From NCBI GenBank assembly GCA_965112735.1, contig OZ218953.1:4650001-4714000 (forward strand): 64,000 nucleotides of DNA. The letters are read 5' to 3'. The notes beneath the pieces were generated by a model, which was not told the DNA's origin, searched no databases, and saw only the letters and a program-made list of their open reading frames with translations. This stretch comes from Phaeosaccion multiseriatum (lineage: Eukaryota > Protista > Ochrophyta, other classes). A program made the translations under genes and the position numbers. The stretch's first letter is position 1. Each line of letters starts with the position of its first letter. Below are positions 62,373-64,000 of the stretch, one piece after another.

Positions 62373-64000
62373 TCAAATGCTATCTACACTGTCCTTCTGC
62401 AAACCCTCGTAACACGTGAGACCCTCCGCATTGAGCAGAGAGTCGTCCGCGCCTTTGCCCAGAAGATACTCTCCCAGTCCCTTGTGGCCCAGCGAGAAGC
62501 AAAAGTGCAGCGGTGAGTTGCCTTGGTGGTTCTGCACCACGAGAGACGCCCCCTTTCGCAGCAGAAACTTGATCATTCGCTTGTTGCCCTGCTGCGCTGC
62601 GAGGATGAGCAGCGTGTTGCCCATTACGTCGGCCGTGTCCACCCCCACCCCGTCCTCCAGCAATGGCTCCAGGGTCTCGAGGTTGCCGGCCTGTGTGGGA
62701 GCGAGGGGGAGGGAGGGGGAGGGGGGGACGGGGGGAGCGACGACGGGATGGGGTGGGGGGGGTTGGGGGGTGAGGCAGATTCGCAGTGGATGGGGGGGTG
62801 GGGGAGTGCCCGAGAGTAACAATGGTACGCCCTCACCCCACAAGACCACACGCAAAGAGGAACACAGACACAGCCGCACCCCAGGGAGCGAGCGCTCTAC
62901 CTCTAGCGCTCTACCTTTAACGCTCTACCTCTACTCTTAACGAGGTTCTACTTCTACTCTCAACGTCTTAACGAGCGTTAACGAGGCACTACCTTTAGCG
63001 GTCTACCTCCACTCTTACCTTGGTGGCGATGAGGGCCTTCTGCTCCTTTTCATCCATCTTCACGTCCTTGCCCTTGCGATTGTCCACCTCCGCCATGGCC
63101 ATCAGCTGACGCTCGATGGACGTGAACTCCTGTGGGCCTGCCGCCGCCATGGCAGGCACGTTGAGAGGGGTGCCGTCATCGTCCAATGCCTCCTCTTGCT
63201 TGGCTCGTCTCTCGGCCTCTCCCAGCAGCTTGGCATGCTCATCCACCACGTCACTGATGAACATCGTCTCGTGCAAAGGGCGGGTGTCGTGGTCGCTCTT
63301 GGTGGCCTTGGACGGGTCAGTCATGCCTACCATTCGCGGGGCAGGCGCGCTATTGGTAATGCTATGTTCCCCCTCCTCTGTGGGTAAAGAGGGCCCAAGT
63401 GTGTGAGGCCGCGTGCACTTCTCGAGAAAGTTCTTTGCGAGCTTCTCCCCCGCCACACGCCGCCATCCTTTGCCCTTGAGGTGATGTACCAGAGCGCGGC
63501 TGTCTTCTTTCCCCCCCGTGCCATCCCCCTCCTCCGTTTCATTGTCAGTATCAGTGCCAGTGCCGTTGTCACTCCCGTGGTTTCTTTTGCGCCTCTTCCT
63601 CCTACCCGCTCCTCCTCCTCCTCCTCCTCCTCCTCCTCCTCCAAGGTCGAGCGGGGGCACCATGGAAACAGGCGGCTTTGTCTGCTTGTGCAGTCCGTGC
63701 ATCTCCTCCTCCTCCTTCCTCTTTCTGCGCGCCATCCGCTGCACCCTCGCCTCGGTGTGATCCTGCACAAGCTCCCCGGGCGGCTCAATGAGGTCGCCCG
63801 CCTCGTCCTCACTGTCCGAAAACACATCGTCGTCGCTCTCGAGCATGACCTTGTTTCTATTCTCTTCCGTCTCTGAATCGTCATCGTCGTCGCCCTCCCC
63901 AGCCCCAGTTCCGCGGTGTAACGGCGGCTCTCGGCCGTCCCTTCGAATGTCCTGAATGGGTATGCCCAGTCTCCACGCCAGCTGCTCCAAGAGCTGACCG
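62373..64000 (-). CDS. 3' part of a protein with C-terminal ankyrin repeats (starts beyond the window)
   Basis: ...ALIATK|AGNLETL...GNTLLILAAQQGNKRMIKFLLRKGA...GNSPLHFC...GADDSLLNAEGLTCYEGL; intron ~63018-62691. Confidence 0.85.

Overview
Gene-dense, GC-rich, intron-rich eukaryotic nuclear DNA, most likely from a photosynthetic stramenopile (ochrophyte alga). The inference rests on several proteins with bipartite signal plus 'AF/GF' plastid-targeting presequences. Introns are full of microsatellites. By manual splicing I can support about 17 protein genes: HNH/YisB-like Zn-binding protein, BAR-PH (Slm1-like) protein, intronless tyrosinase, ApaH-like phosphatase, mitochondrial EF-Tu, GCP4, plastid ABC1 kinase, mitochondrial L11, plastid DHH-DHHA1-CBS protein, ferredoxin-thioredoxin reductase variable chain, diacylglycerol lipase, three unknown plastid proteins, ankyrin-SET protein, Pop5, RS-rich C2H2 protein and a partial ankyrin protein. 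Main observations: (1) GCP4 has an apparent L-type (ConA-like) lectin domain inserted in frame inside its GRIP2 domain; (2) two related small repeat families are built from GGCC-TNC-GGCC units, i.e. strand-specific GNA-triloop DNA hairpins, and one copy has inserted into another copy of its own family with a 6-bp target duplication; (3) a cyanobacterial-type DHH-CBS protein lacks the usual tRNA nucleotidyltransferase half. Exon boundaries and family assignments come from motif recognition by eye; no database search was run.
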